Notes under the pieces: model-generated
The model's database searches: none
What the model saw: only the letters and a program-made list of their open reading frames with translations
What the model was told of the DNA's origin: nothing
Shown: piece by piece, positions 1 through 12,386 of the stretch
How the letters are laid out: each line of letters starts with the position of its first letter
Position numbering within the stretch: position 1 is the first letter of the stretch
From: Rhizodiscina lignyota
Taxonomy: Eukaryota
Direction: 5' to 3'
Assembly: GCA_010015805.1 (NCBI GenBank)
Contig: ML978125.1
Location: 248,001-312,000 of the forward strand
DNA: 64,000 nucleotides
Program-made: the position numbers and the translations under genes

Positions 1-2
1 AC

Positions 3-1685
3 ACGACTCTCCTCCGTCGAGTTCGAGACGAGATACAGAAACACCTCTCATTTACACCTAAGGAGACGGATATCTACAAGATCCACCAATCCGGCGATCT
101 CGCGAACCTCGACGGGCTCGACGACTCCTCCCTAGCCCGGCTCCCGTCCCTGCTCAAGCTTCGCGATGCCCTCTATTCGCCCGAGTTTCGGAAGTATATA
201 TCACATATTGCGGATGCTGGACCACTGAGTGGGCAGAAGACAGACATGGCCATCAACGTTTACACCCCGAGCTGCCATCTACTGTGCCACGACGATGTGA
301 TTGGCACACGGCGGGTGAGCTACATTCTGTATTTGACGGATCCAGACAAGCCATGGAAGGCTGAGTGGGGAGGTGCATTGCGTCTATATCCTACGAAAGA
401 ATACAAGGCAAAGAATGGGACGATGGTGAAGGTTCCAGATCCAGAGTTCAGCTTCTCAATACCGCCGGCATTTAACCAGCTGTCATTCTTCGCAGTCCAG
501 CCCGGAGAGAGCTTTCATGATGTTGAAGAGGTGTACAAGCAGCCAATTGGAGGCACAGATGATGACGGAAGTAGAGTCAGAATGGCGATAAGTGGCTGGT
601 ATCACATTCCGCAGGAAGGAGAAGAGGGCTACGAAGAAGGACTAGAGGAGCGGCTAGCTGAAAAGAGCTCTCTCAGCCAGCTGCAGGGAAGGTCTGACGA
701 ATTCGACCTGCCTCAACCACACTGGATGGCCTATGCCGAAGAGTCGGAAGAAGAAGACGAGGGCCTGACGGAGAAAGACTTGTCTTTCTTACTGAAATAC
801 ATGAGTCCGAGTTGGCTCACACCAGACACAGTTGAAGAGGCCGCTGAGAGATTTACCGAGGAGTCGACCCTTATGATCAATGATTTTCTGTCCAAGTCCT
901 TCGTTCGGAAAGTGAGGAAGGACGTAGACCTTCACGAGATGCAACGGCTCGTAGGAGAACCAGAATGGCAGACTGCTCGTCCTCCGCACAAACACCGCTT
1001 CCTCTTCCGACAGTCTCAAGGCCCCACATCTCAGCCAAGTTCAACGGTCTTCCTCGCCGAGCACGAACTGATCAATGAATTCCTCCCTTCTCCGCAGTTC
1101 AAGAAGTGGCTTAGTCTCGTAACAGGCGGCCTCACAATCACCAGGAGCAACGTCCTTGCCCGGAGATTCCGTAAAGGCAGCGACTACACCCTTGCAACGG
1201 GCTACGATGAGCAGCAGCCTCGTCTTGAACTCTCGCTTGGCATTACGCCGAGCAAAGGTTGGGACGGAGATGACAACGGCGCAGATGAAACTAACGCCAC
1301 GCCCGGCGCCGAAGCTAATGGTTCAAGCGCAACACTGAACGGCTCAGAAGGCGACAATGTGGGTGGCCATGAGGTGTACATGGCTGGTGACGACGATGAA
1401 GATGAGGTGGAGTTGAAAGCTTCAAATACTGGTGCTGGACAGCGGCGGAAAGCCGACCCAGCGGTGTACCGTACTGCAGCTGACGATGAAGACGACAGCG
1501 TACTTTTCACTACGCCGGCGAGTTGGAATACGCTGAGCATCGTTCTGCGAGATAAAGGTGTCTTGCGCTTCGTGAAATATATAAGTAAAAGCGCACCTGG
1601 AGATCGGTGGGATGTGTTGGGCGAGTACGATGTCACGGGTTTGGACGAGGAAGAAGATGATGATGAGGATCAGGAAGAAACATGA
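3..1685 (+). CDS. TPA1: Tpa1/Ofd1 prolyl 3,4-dihydroxylase (2OG-Fe(II) oxygenase), 5'-truncated by the window edge
   Basis: The frame is open from base 3 (FTPKETDIYKIHQSGDLANLDG). It carries HLLCHDDVIGTRRVSYILYL (HxD), SFHDVEEV, RMAISGWYH and the C-terminal LSIVLRDKGVLRFVKY motif typical of Tpa1/Ofd1. Confidence 0.93.
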   Translation, partial: TTLLRRVRDEIQKHLSFTPKETDIYKIHQSGDLANLDGLDDSSLARLPSLLKLRDALYSPEFRKYISHIADAGPLSGQKTDMAINVYTPSCHLLCHDDVIGTRRVSYILYLTDPDKPWKAEWGGALRLYPTKEYKAKNGTMVKVPDPEFSFSIPPAFNQLSFFAVQPGESFHDVEEVYKQPIGGTDDDGSRVRMAISGWYHIPQEGEEGYEEGLEERLAEKSSLSQLQGRSDEFDLPQPHWMAYAEESEEEDEGLTEKDLSFLLKYMSPSWLTPDTVEEAAERFTEESTLMINDFLSKSFVRKVRKDVDLHEMQRLVGEPEWQTARPPHKHRFLFRQSQGPTSQPSSTVFLAEHELINEFLPSPQFKKWLSLVTGGLTITRSNVLARRFRKGSDYTLATGYDEQQPRLELSLGITPSKGWDGDDNGADETNATPGAEANGSSATLNGSEGDNVGGHEVYMAGDDDEDEVELKASNTGAGQRRKADPAVYRTAADDEDDSVLFTTPASWNTLSIVLRDKGVLRFVKYISKSAPGDRWDVLGEYDVTGLDEEEDDDEDQEET

Positions 1686-1773
1686 GTTGCGTAAGGCGAG
1701 AATCAAGATGGATGAATGGAATTTGATGAGCCTAACAGTGAGCTATATACATATGCTCAACTTTCCAGTGTGC

Positions 1774-4700
1774 TTAGAGCTGCAGTCTGAAACTCACGAC
1801 CTCAAATGCCCTCACCACGATATCCATCCCCTTGTCCCCAATCTCACATTCCTCCAAGTCATCTTCCAGCACATTACATCTAGATGCCTTTCTTACCTTC
1901 AGGCCTCCCCAATTCAACCTCGCCTTACACTTCCCGCCCAACGCATCATACAGTCTCACCACGATGCTCCGGCCCTTCCTGGGCGGTAATCCGCCCCGCG
2001 ATACGTCCTCGTCATCTTCACCGCGCTTGACGGTGTCGATGACCAGAGACGCGGCATCTGGGCCGCTGATGTGGAACGCGGAGAGCAGAGGTGCGACGGT
2101 TAAAGGCGAGGGGTGTGAGTAGAGTTTGAGGGGGTTATTGAAGTTGAAAGCTGCGCGAACGGTCGCTGAAGAGAGCGGTCCGGAGTGAGGGAGAATTGCG
2201 TAGCGAATGTGGTGCCGTCCTGTTCGAGGGTCATGTCAGCCACTGTGTTCTTGGAAGGCGCCGTTTCGAATGAAGGAAAAAGAGAGTAAAGAGAGAGAGG
2301 TAATGGAATAGAAGCGTACCCATATCAGCATGCGCATCTGGCGCCTTCGGTGCACGCAACAAGCTCAACCGCATAAGATTCCCGCATGTCGCAAAGCCAT
2401 ACTTGCTGTCGTTTAAAATGCTGACACCATAATTGCTCTCGCTCAAATCAGCCCATTTATGGCAGCACACTTCGAACTTCGCCATATCCCAGGTAGTGTT
2501 ATAATGCGTCGGGCGTTTCACAATGCCAAACTGCGTCTCGTAGCTGGCCTCAGTATTTATGACATCGACCGGGAACTCAACCTTGAGGAATTTCATCTTC
2601 TCGCGCCACTCGACCTCAGCTTCCATCTCGACCATGCTCGGGACATTTTCTGAGGCTGCAGAGAGGCTGATGGTCGTGCGGACCCAGCTGTCCTCGCTGA
2701 CCTTCGTCTCCGTCACAACTGCGACGCGATGTGGGCCCCTCTCGGTAACGGAGGACTTGGTCGGATACAATTCCTTTCGCGAGTCAAGATGGAAGACTTC
2801 GACATCCCACGCTTGCCAGTACAGTGGCTTGTCGTCAAAGACAACGAGCTGGTTCGCTTTACTGCCCTTGGGCACAATCTCGCGCTGAGCCACAACGTCA
2901 TATATGGACGTGATCGTGCCTTGGGAGATGCCCACTACGAGGCTGGAATTGGACAACTCGAAAGCTTCATTCCCAAGTTCTTTGACTGAGGCAGTGGAGA
3001 CCCCAGCGGCAGTCAGAGGTGACACATGCACCAGTCCCAGATCGCCGGCTGCAATGCCGTATCGAGGTAATCCAGCTGTCTTAGGCAATTCGACCATTTC
3101 TGAACGAGGCCAAGGGAGCGTATTTAGACCGACCAGTTGCCCATCCGCCCGAGAATCATCAAAGCCAAGCGCAGACAATGCATCAGCCAAGACGCGTTCT
3201 CCAGTCTCAAAGACCTCCTTATATAGCTATAGCCTTGTCAGCCAAGTACGTTCAAATGAAAAGAATCAGACCACTTACCTTGTCAGTGTCATCGTAACAC
3301 ATCTCAATTGAGCTGCCCGGCAAGCAGTCATGGAATTGACACAGCAGAACGGCCTCCCACATTTCATCGATCTCTTTCTTCGGGTACTTGTAGTCCGACT
3401 TCTTGCCTTCTTTTATGCTTGCAAGAGTTGCTACATATTCAATGTCATGCAGCAAGATCTCTGACTTTCTGTTGTTCCGCTTGTTGTTCGCTTGCGTAGT
3501 GTAGGTACCTCTGTGGAGCTCAAAATAGAGCTCGCCATACCATGTCACTAGATCAGTTCCTGCTTCTATTTTCTTCTCCAGACCAGCAAAGAAGTCGTCA
3601 ACGGAGCCTCCCATCTTGACGCGTGGGAGCAACCCTGTCTTGTCGCTCAATCCTCGGCAGCGACGTAGCTTCTCGATGTGCTCGAAAGTCGGCCCACCAC
3701 CACCATCACCCTTGCCAAAGATAAGAAGTGAGGTACGGTCCTGATCTAGCGATTTGTGTTGCGAAACGCTCCGCTTGACGTCCCCGAAGTGAGCTTCGGC
3801 GGTGTATGTCTCCGCTGGTGCCATGTGACATATGACTTGGCTCCCATCAAGTGCCACCCAATTGAACGTTGTGTGTGGAAAGTTGTTGATATTGTTCCAG
3901 CTCAACTTTTGCGTGAAGAACCATTCCATACCAGCAAGCCGACACAGCTGTGGAAGCTGAGTGGAGTAACCAAACGTGTCGGGCAGCCAGAATGTCTTAC
4001 ATCGCTCTCCAAAGTGGCTCTCAAAGAACCGCTGGCCATATAGGAATTGTCGTACCAGCGACTCTCCACTTGGCATGTTCGTGTCGTGTTCCACCCAACT
4101 GCCTCCAATAGGTTGGAACGTTCCCTTCTTAACCTTCTCTTTGACACGATCGAACAGCGAAGGATAGTATTCCTTAAGCCACTTGTATTGCTGAGCTTGA
4201 GAGCAGCAGAAGCGTAGCTCTGGGTAGCGGTCCATCAGATCACACTGGCTCGACCAAGACCTTGCGACCTTGCGCTTGGTTTCTGCCCATGGCCAGAGCC
4301 AACATGTATCAATGTGACAGTGGCCAACACCGTTCACGATCGCTTCCTCGTCGCCATCATAGACCTTCTCCGAGTCAACATTGCCAATGTATTTTCTGGC
4401 AAGCTCCCGACATTGAACGATTGATTCCTTGCTCCCATCGCCCGCGATGAAAGCGTCCATAATCTCATTGCAAAGCTGCAGTGCCTCATGGGATTCCCAT
4501 CCGTCCTCTGGAAATTCTCTCGCCGCATCTCCAATGATCCAGAAGTCGAAATACAACGCACGAGCTTCCAGATTGATCGCAACGATCTCCGCTTTGGACA
4601 GCTGGAAGTAGCGGTTTGGATTCGGCGGCTGAATGACGTCTCCAGGGGCATTCCCAAACATATTGTTGCACGCCATCTCGACGTAGAATGTGTGCTCTTC

Positions 4701-5293
4701 ACCGTCGAGCATATTCTTTGGCAGGATCCACTCCGTCCTCTCTCCACCGCCTGTAAGCCCATGCACCACATCTCCCTTCTCCGTCCAAATCATCGCCTCG
4801 CTGTTCGAGTCCCAGTGGAATTCAATATGTTCGTGCTTCCGGAGCTGCGAGGGGACAGCAATCTGCACTTTGAACCAGTGCGTAGACCAGCTGGGGCCGA
4901 AGGATTCGCCGACATGGGTGGACTGGAATTTGTTCGACGTCGCTTCTTTGAACGATGGGCGAGATTGGCCCTTAGGAGAGTACACTTGGAGTTTGACATG
5001 GTCATCGCCTGAAGCTTTTGCTTCGACGATTTTGCTGGACAAGGAGATGGATCAGCTCGAGCTCCTGGATGCGCACCAATTGAAACACCACGTAGGCGGG
5101 ACTCACTCCATCAAACCCTGAGCATAGTATTGTCCGCCGTCTGTGAATTGCCTCAAGCGATCACGGTAGATGTTCGTGATCTGGCATTGGTTCGTTAGCT
5201 GAGCTGTACCTGTAGCGTGACGTATACAAGTAAACATACCTGCTTGCCCTTTGGGCCAGCGGCCAGCTTGGGGTAGTGAGACAAGCTCGGCAT
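1774..5293 (-). CDS. AMS1: Vacuolar alpha-mannosidase, GH38 (multi-exon)
   Basis: Motifs GHCHIDTCWLWP, FWLPDTFGYS, GELYFELHRGTYT, QFHDCLPGSSI and KFEVCCHKWADLSE. ATG at 5293 (MPSLSHYPKL...), short GT-AG introns, last exon ends ...RAFEVVSFRLQL*. Confidence 0.95.
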
Positions 5294-6172
5294 GGTCGGT
5301 TTAGTCTCTCCTCCCATCTTTGACGAGTGTAGAATGTGACAGAGGGATCAATGGCTTTATGTGAGGAGTCGTCGTTCGTTCGAGCTGGGATGAGCTGTTG
5401 TGCCTTGCAGATGCAGCTGGAAGCTCCCGCCTCCGCCTGCCTGCCCCACTTCTACAAGCGGTACTTATAATGTTGCGGTAGATCCAAGCACGGCCACGCG
5501 CAAAAGAAATAGGAAGATTGTTCAAGGCAGAGTTGTGATCAAGGAGGCTCCGGGACTGAGTGTACTCGTGCTTGTGCAACAGTCAGAGGGGAGTGTTAGC
5601 CTCCTCCAAATTAGCAAGAGCATCGCCCTAACCTTAAAATGGCTGGCATGATGACCTTGCTGCTCTGAGTAACCGCAGACCTGGATTGCATTGAGTCTAA
5701 CTTCAACTTCGACTACGATTAAAATCACTGTTCCGAGTATCTTGTCCGATCATAGCTTCTCGGAGCAAGGAAGGGTCATCGGTCGCTAGCTAAGCACGCA
5801 GGCTACGATTTGAAGTTCCAGAAAGCACCTTCCGACCCAGTCTCTAAGCTAGCATAAGTTTTCTTGGATATTAATCTTCTGTACCAAGCGAACGAAGGTA
5901 GAAAATGGATGTATAAGGCCTAGAGAATCATCTTGAACACCTAGAGTAAAAGTGGAATTAGAACGACCTATTGATGAGGCCTGACATTTCATCTGCTACA
6001 TATCCGTGGAGTAACGCATTAGTTTGAATCCTAGAGAAACGCATCTTGAAAGTCATGGTTGAACTCCAGTTCCCCCGCATACTGTACATCTCATCTAGTG
6101 CCGAACGAGGGTATCTGAACCGGTCATGCCTTGACTTTTAATTCCAAGACGCCGCGTCCGCTCAATACAGAC

Positions 6173-9100
6173 TCAAAAGATCCAGCTGAACGACTCGCAA
6201 ACCTCAAACTGTATTTCACGACTTATTAAAGTTAGCGAATACTGAGAAATACAAATGCAAAGGAGCGAAATGGACTTACCGTATGTCTGTTGACGATGCA
6301 CCAATCAGGACGTCGAATCGACCCTTTTCAGCAACCCATGCACGTCGTTCCGTGTCATAGTAGCTCACGGAATGCTTGTCGAGCACCAAAAGAGCAATCT
6401 TCGTGTCGTTGGGCGGTATGAAGATCTTCGCAAATGCCTTGAGCTCCTTCGCTGGTTTGGCAACTCGAGCATCAACGTCTCTGACGTACGCCTGCACGAT
6501 TTCGCTTCCGGCCATTTCGCCTGTATTGCGCACGGGGACTTCGATCGTGAGTATATCGTACTCGCTCAGAACCGTATTGCTAATTGTAGCTTCTCCGTAC
6601 GAAAATGTAGTATACGACAGTCCGTGGCCAAAGGGAAAGAGCGGCTTGATATTCTCCTTCTCGAAGAATCGATATCCGAGGAATATGTCTTCTTTATACT
6701 CGACTTCCAGCTTATCTCCGGCCCAGCTGCCGTACGCTGGCGTATCTTCGATGCTCTTCGGAAATGTGGTCGGAAGCTTCCCATCTGGACTGTGGATGCC
6801 GAATAGCACGTCTGCCAAAGCATTTCCCGCCTCTTGCCCTTGGTACCAGGCCTGGACAATCGCTAGAACCTTGTCTGCCCAAGGCATGCAGACTGGGCTT
6901 CCAGATTGGTTGACGACTATGGTATTTGGATTGGCATCCACCACTGCTTCAACGAGCCGGTCCTGGCTGCCGTCCTTTGGCAACGCCATATCCTTTCTGT
7001 CGTATCCTTCCGATTCCCACTCTGCATCCAAGCCTACGACTACAATGGCGACATCAGATGCCTTGGCAGTTTCCACTGCCTCTTTGAGTAGGTCGATTTC
7101 GGGCTCTTCGTGGTAACCTATGCGACAGCCACCGTAGTGGTAGTCTGGTCCGTTGAGGGGCATTTGGGCTCGAGGTCTGATTTCGTTGGTGCTTTCGATT
7201 ACGATATCAATGGGGACATCTTGTTCCAGACGTAACTTCTTGATGACTTCAGCGGAATTGCCAAACATGGCTTCGCCCTGCTTCGTCCATTCCCAGTTGT
7301 CGATAAAGACTGAGCCATTGAGGAGGAGACGTCCTGGCCCGACACTCGAGAATCCGAGCGTTTGCAACCCTGTAGAGGTTGGCGTGATTCGTGTGCTGAC
7401 CCTAAAGGAGTATAGTTTGTTGCGTAGGGCTGCTGGTGGTGAGTCCCAGAGGTAAAGGTCGGTTGTCGTTTGTTGCATTCTTCGAATCGGCGGCCCTTCG
7501 AAATTTGGGCCGTCATAGTATTCGAGGACGACACCTGTCTTCCCATCTGGTGTGGTGCAGAAGTCCGTTGCTAACGGGACCCATTTCCAAGAATCGCAAC
7601 CTTGAGCAAAGCGGATCTCGGCATCGGTTCTTGATCGTATGCCCTCCAGAGGTGAAACCTTGTATTCTGGGTTGAGACTGGCACTTCCACCTCCGTTTGT
7701 GACTGCGCGCTTTGCGTTTGGCCCGATGACTGCGATTGTATTGGGCCGTTTCAAGGGCAGAATGCGTGAATCATTTTTCAGTAGCGTGATACCTTCGACA
7801 CCAGCTTCGCGTATTATTTGGCGTGTCTCTGGATCATTCAAGGATCTCTCGTGGCGGTCTGAAGCACTATGGAATCCCCTCGAGCGTTTTATCAATTTGA
7901 TAACGTTGGCTGCTGATCTTTCAATGGCCTTTCGTAGTTTCTGCCTGTCGCAGTCTTCTGAGCAAGTCGTTTCAACAGAGTCTGGCCCTCGCCTTTTGAG
8001 ACAGTCTGCCTCCAAGGCTTGGAGTAAGTGCGACAAATTCTCTTGCCTCCATTTCCCTGAATTTGGCATTTCCAGATCGCAACCAGCGAGAACCGAAGGG
8101 CCAATTGAGGTCGTTCCACCCCAGTCGGACATGACAAGCCTTGCATCAAGTCAGCTACTTCTTAGCTTCGGACGGTCACTAAGATCTCAGGGAAGGGTGA
8201 TACGACACACTCAGATTGGGACAATCTCACCCATCAAAGTCCCATTCGCCTCGAAGAATTCCATTCAGCAAGTACTCGTTCTGATCACAGTGGGTACCAT
8301 TCAAGCGATTGTATGCAGTCATCACCGCCCAAGGTTCGCTTTCGCGAATCGCAATCTCGAAAGGCTTCAGGTAAAGTTCGCGCAACGCTCTCTCGGACAT
8401 CTTGGAACTGACTCGCATGCGATGCGTCTCCTGCTCGTTGCCAACAAAATGCTTGATTGTTGCTGCGACATCCTCACTCTGCAGGCCGCGCACATATGCA
8501 GAAGCGAGCTTGCCGCTCAGAAAAGGGTCTTCCGAAAATGACTCGAAGTTCCTGCCGCCGAGCGGAGACCGGTGCAGGCAGACCGTCGGAGCCAGCAGAA
8601 CATGTGCGCCTCGTGCTTTCGCCTCGATACCCAGGCGTTCTGCAATGCGCTCGATGAGGTCTACATTCCATGTTGCCGCAAGAGCAGTGCCGCAGGGAAA
8701 TAGGGCCGCCTATGCCAGAGTCAACTATCGCAACTGTGCGGGGCCATTTATGACCACACATACCGGAGTACCGTTGGTGAAAAACTCTCCACGAGCTCCA
8801 TTCGGTCCATCTGTGGTTTTTAAGGCTGGGATGCCATGTTTGGGTAGCGCGGTTGTTCGCCAGTAGTCTTGGCCAGTGAGGAGGCTGATCTATGCAAGAA
8901 TTTTAGCAATTGGACATGCCGACACATGCAGCGTGGAGTCTAATTCGATAAAGAGAGGAAACGCGAGTCGCGTCAAGGGACTGACGATCGAGATCCAGGA
9001 AACCCCTGCAGATCTTACTGACCAGCACAGGGAATAAGCAACGCACTGTCTACGAAACCAACGGACAGATCCGAGCTGACCAGGTATGATGCGGAGACGA

Positions 9101-9299
9101 AAGTCAAAAAATTGGTGTAACGAAGAACTCGGACTGTCGGCTTGAATGTATTTCTGCTCATCTGGCCGGCTTTGGCGAGGGAAAGAACAGTGCGTAAATC
9201 ACTCACCTGGTCTTCAATTGAGAGGCTGGCGAGCAGCGACTTGGTCGTTTGGTGGTCGCTCAGACATACCCCAGAGTCTTCTTTGGTCATGGCGGCCAT
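6173..9299 (-). CDS. GH3 beta-glucosidase with PA14 insertion and Fn3-like C-terminus, probably intracellular (multi-exon)
   Basis: Spliced exons give KTTDGPNGARG, FSEDPFLSG, ATIKHFVGNEQE, the nucleophile motif (V)MSDWGG, ESEGYDR and FPFGHGLSYT. The terminal exon is ...FEVCESFSWIF*. No signal peptide. The start could instead be the ATG at 9290. Confidence 0.9.
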
Positions 9300-11518
9300 G
9301 GTGCAGCTGGTGGACAAAGGGGTAGTACGGAGTAGAAAAAGTAGGGATCAATTGCATGTACGCCGTGGGAGGCGAGGCAGGTGATGTATTTATTGTGTAG
9401 CAGCTTCATCTCGCTACAGCTTTCTCAGCCTTGGAATCTTTCAGGTGATCTCGACGCAGTAGTGGCAGGTGCGATGCACTCGCAGAGCGAGGCTCTTGTG
9501 GGGTGCGTGTACATGGCAGTGAGGAGCGAGGGCGGATGCCCGGTACGACGTCCCGCTGGTCGGCCAGGCGTTACAGGCGTGACAGGCGCGGATAAGGTTG
9601 CAAGCGCACTACACACTTATCGAATGAGGTTCGCCCGGCGGCTGAGTCGTCAGAGTCGAGGCTCACAGCATGGAACACCATAGTGCACTTGCGGTCGAGC
9701 AACCACGTGGTGGGCATCGAAATGAACTCGGGAGCTGTGATATCCAGGCATTGGACTGTTGCACCGCAAGTAATGTTCTGCATAATACTAGGATCTGCAA
9801 CCAATCTTCGACAGGGCACGTCCCGGATCGAAGCCGACTGCGCCGTAAACTCGCATCGTCGTCGATCTCTGCGCCGCGCTCTGGTTCGCATACCGGTAAC
9901 TCGACCTATATTGGGGGACAAACCCTTGTCCCATTGGAGATTTGAAACTCGGGCCGCAACAATGCGGCGAATTAGCAGGCGTGCATGTGACAAGGTGTGG
10001 AAAAGCCAATTGAGAAACTGCCCAAAGTTTGGTACCGGCGCTGGAACTGGAAAATGAGGATGCAATTTAGTTCAGAAAGGGCCTGCTCGTGGAGGTACAG
10101 AGCGCGTAAGGCGGCACAGCACGATAACCTGCGGCCCTTCTCATCGGCAATAGGATGCGCTCGGGATGATTAAGATTGCTCCTCTCCGTCGACCAAAACA
10201 TAAACGCAAGCTTCAGTATGCTGTCGAACTGCTCCATGTCGCACAAGCGAAATTGATTACGTCCAGTCGAGTGTTTCTGTACGCCAGAGAAGCCATTAGG
10301 TCCGCCAGAGTCTATATGGTGACGGCCAATCGCTGTTGGAGCAAGAACATGTCGTGTAACGCAGAATTGGTATAGAGGGGTATGGGGAAACTGCAAGTAT
10401 AAGAGGGCGTTTCAAGGGCGTTTTATTGACCCTCTCGTGCGGTCTTGGCCCGATAGTGTTCGGACTCTGGAGTCGCTAAACCTAAAATTAATCTGGGGCA
10501 AGTATACGGAGTAGTTCATTTTGTGGCGTCTGCCTTTCTCCAAATCGCACCATCTGCCGAGACGAATAGTGATTGCAGCATAGAGTCGGATCGAATCGAC
10601 GTGCACAGGTAGGCGATATCCTGGCATAAGTCTCGTAAATGTGGATTTGGAATAATTGCATAGACCATACACATGCAAATCAGTGATAAAGATGTAAGAC
10701 CGTTGAGAAGGCCAGGTTGCTAAGATGGCAAACTGCGGTTTGCCCAACCCCAGCCCTCATCACCAATATGTGCAAATTTCTTCGTATTGCAGCAGTCAGC
10801 ATTCCGCCTTATCGGTTCTACACTGAGACTTATTATACATACTGGTATCTGTCCTTTTAGACCGGGTGTGCACCGAAAATGAGGCACGTTCCAATTCCAG
10901 TGTATTGCCTCGAGCTTCTGTCTCAAAAGTTGGGTATCAGCCTCACGCGGCTCGAGCAGAACCTTACTCTGTTGATCTTGCAGGTTTCCATTTACATTTT
11001 GAAAGAACTGTGTATCTCCATCGCCAATACATATGATATTTCTCAATCGCCGTCTTCCGACTGTCTTCATTATCGCGTAGAAGAAACGCCGTTGAGCCCG
11101 AGCCGACACCGGCCCGACTTCAGTGCAGCAAGCGCGATCATTGGCTGCGAGCACCGAGCTCGGCCTGTCTGTCTCTCCTAGACTTCCCCAATATCACGTT
11201 CCAATCCATGAAGCTCACTGCGGAGGAATGCTTGGGATAGGGCTGACAGCAAGATGTACGGGAATATCGGCGGACATCACCCCATTCGTATATGTTGACG
11301 TCTCCTTTCCATTTTCAGAAGTCTCGATGTACACTTCTTAAGGTCAGGAGCTCACCGGAAGCACCGGTCTTGTCTTGTCATGTCATGAGAGCAGTTTAAT
11401 AATCTTCACTCCATTCAAGTTCTCCTTTTCATTATAAGTCATTGAGCGTTGAGCTCCAAAGTATCCTCAGTTACTCAATTCAAAGAACTCAAGTTGAATT
11501 ACCGCTGAGAGAGGAGCC

Positions 11519-12094
11519 ATGGCGCCTCAAGCTGCCTCAGTCACCAATCTCCTCTCTTCCCTCGCCAACCAAGAGCATGCGCCCCTCCGCATCCATTTCC
11601 CAGAAACAACCATCCAAAAACCCGGCAGCAGCGTCACAAAGCCTGCATCCAAACCCTCCCCAACTCTTTCCATCTCCTCCACCATAACAGCGAACAAGCC
11701 TGCCACCCAAAAGTACGCAGCCATAGCAATCGACCTCGACGCGCCCTTCCGCTCCTTCGCCTTCCTCAGCCCCATCCTCCATGGGATCCAGCTCAACCTC
11801 GTCGCCGCCGGCTCTGCGGATCCGGAAGGCTTCGTGAAGCTCGAGGCCGAGGAGAACCAAGCACCAGTCGTGCCGTGGGGCCCTCCAAACCCACCGCCGA
11901 TCTCGAGCGCGCATCGGTATGTATTTTTAGTGTGGGAGCAGCCGGATGGGATGACCGTCGAGAAGGTCAAGGGAACGCTGAATTTGAAGGAGCCAGTTTC
12001 ACTGGGAGCGAGGATCAGGTGGGACGAGGCGGGCTTTGAGAAAAAGCTTGGACTGGGTGAGGTTTTAGCAGGAAACTTCTTCACTTGCGGTTGA
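11519..12094 (+). CDS. Phosphatidylethanolamine-binding protein (PEBP/Tfs1-like)
   Basis: DLDAP, PILH and GPPNPPP..AHRYVFLVWEQP motifs; single exon. Confidence 0.88.
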   Translation: MAPQAASVTNLLSSLANQEHAPLRIHFPETTIQKPGSSVTKPASKPSPTLSISSTITANKPATQKYAAIAIDLDAPFRSFAFLSPILHGIQLNLVAAGSADPEGFVKLEAEENQAPVVPWGPPNPPPISSAHRYVFLVWEQPDGMTVEKVKGTLNLKEPVSLGARIRWDEAGFEKKLGLGEVLAGNFFTCG

Positions 12095-12386
12095 GGAAAT
12101 AATACGCAGGAGCGCGCGGACAGCAGACAAACGGAGAATGATGCGTCCATTCCGGCGGAGCGCGGAGTCTTGATTCTATTCGCTAATGAGTACCTATACC
12201 CGCGGCAGCAAGTCCAGTCATTTCTGGTCAGTTCAGTTTTGTTATACAAACGCCTTTGCTCCAATTATTGCCATATGCGACGTTCAGAGTCGTTTCTATC
12301 AATGCTCTTCGTAATCTGCTGGAGTTCGTTCGGTTCGAGACCACCATCGTACACTTTCCCTGCGAAATAACAGAGTGTGGGGTATA

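Noticed and set aside
7639..8541. 300-aa plus-strand ORF (and the 246-aa ORF at 6376..7116)
   Set aside because: Both are antisense to the GH3 coding exons and are explained by codon bias on the real strand.
8891..9207. Unusually long first intron of the GH3 gene as a possible ncRNA host
   Set aside because: I saw no box C/D or H/ACA arrangement and no convincing hairpin.
10067..11210. Chain of 100-145 aa minus-strand ORFs with one intron-like GTATGT..CTGAC..AG element, considered as a pseudogene
   Set aside because: I could not join the frames into a coherent protein or recognise any domain. It would need a tBLASTn hit.
11527..12264. 245-aa minus-strand ORF
   Set aside because: It is the antisense shadow of the PEBP gene and has no recognisable motifs.
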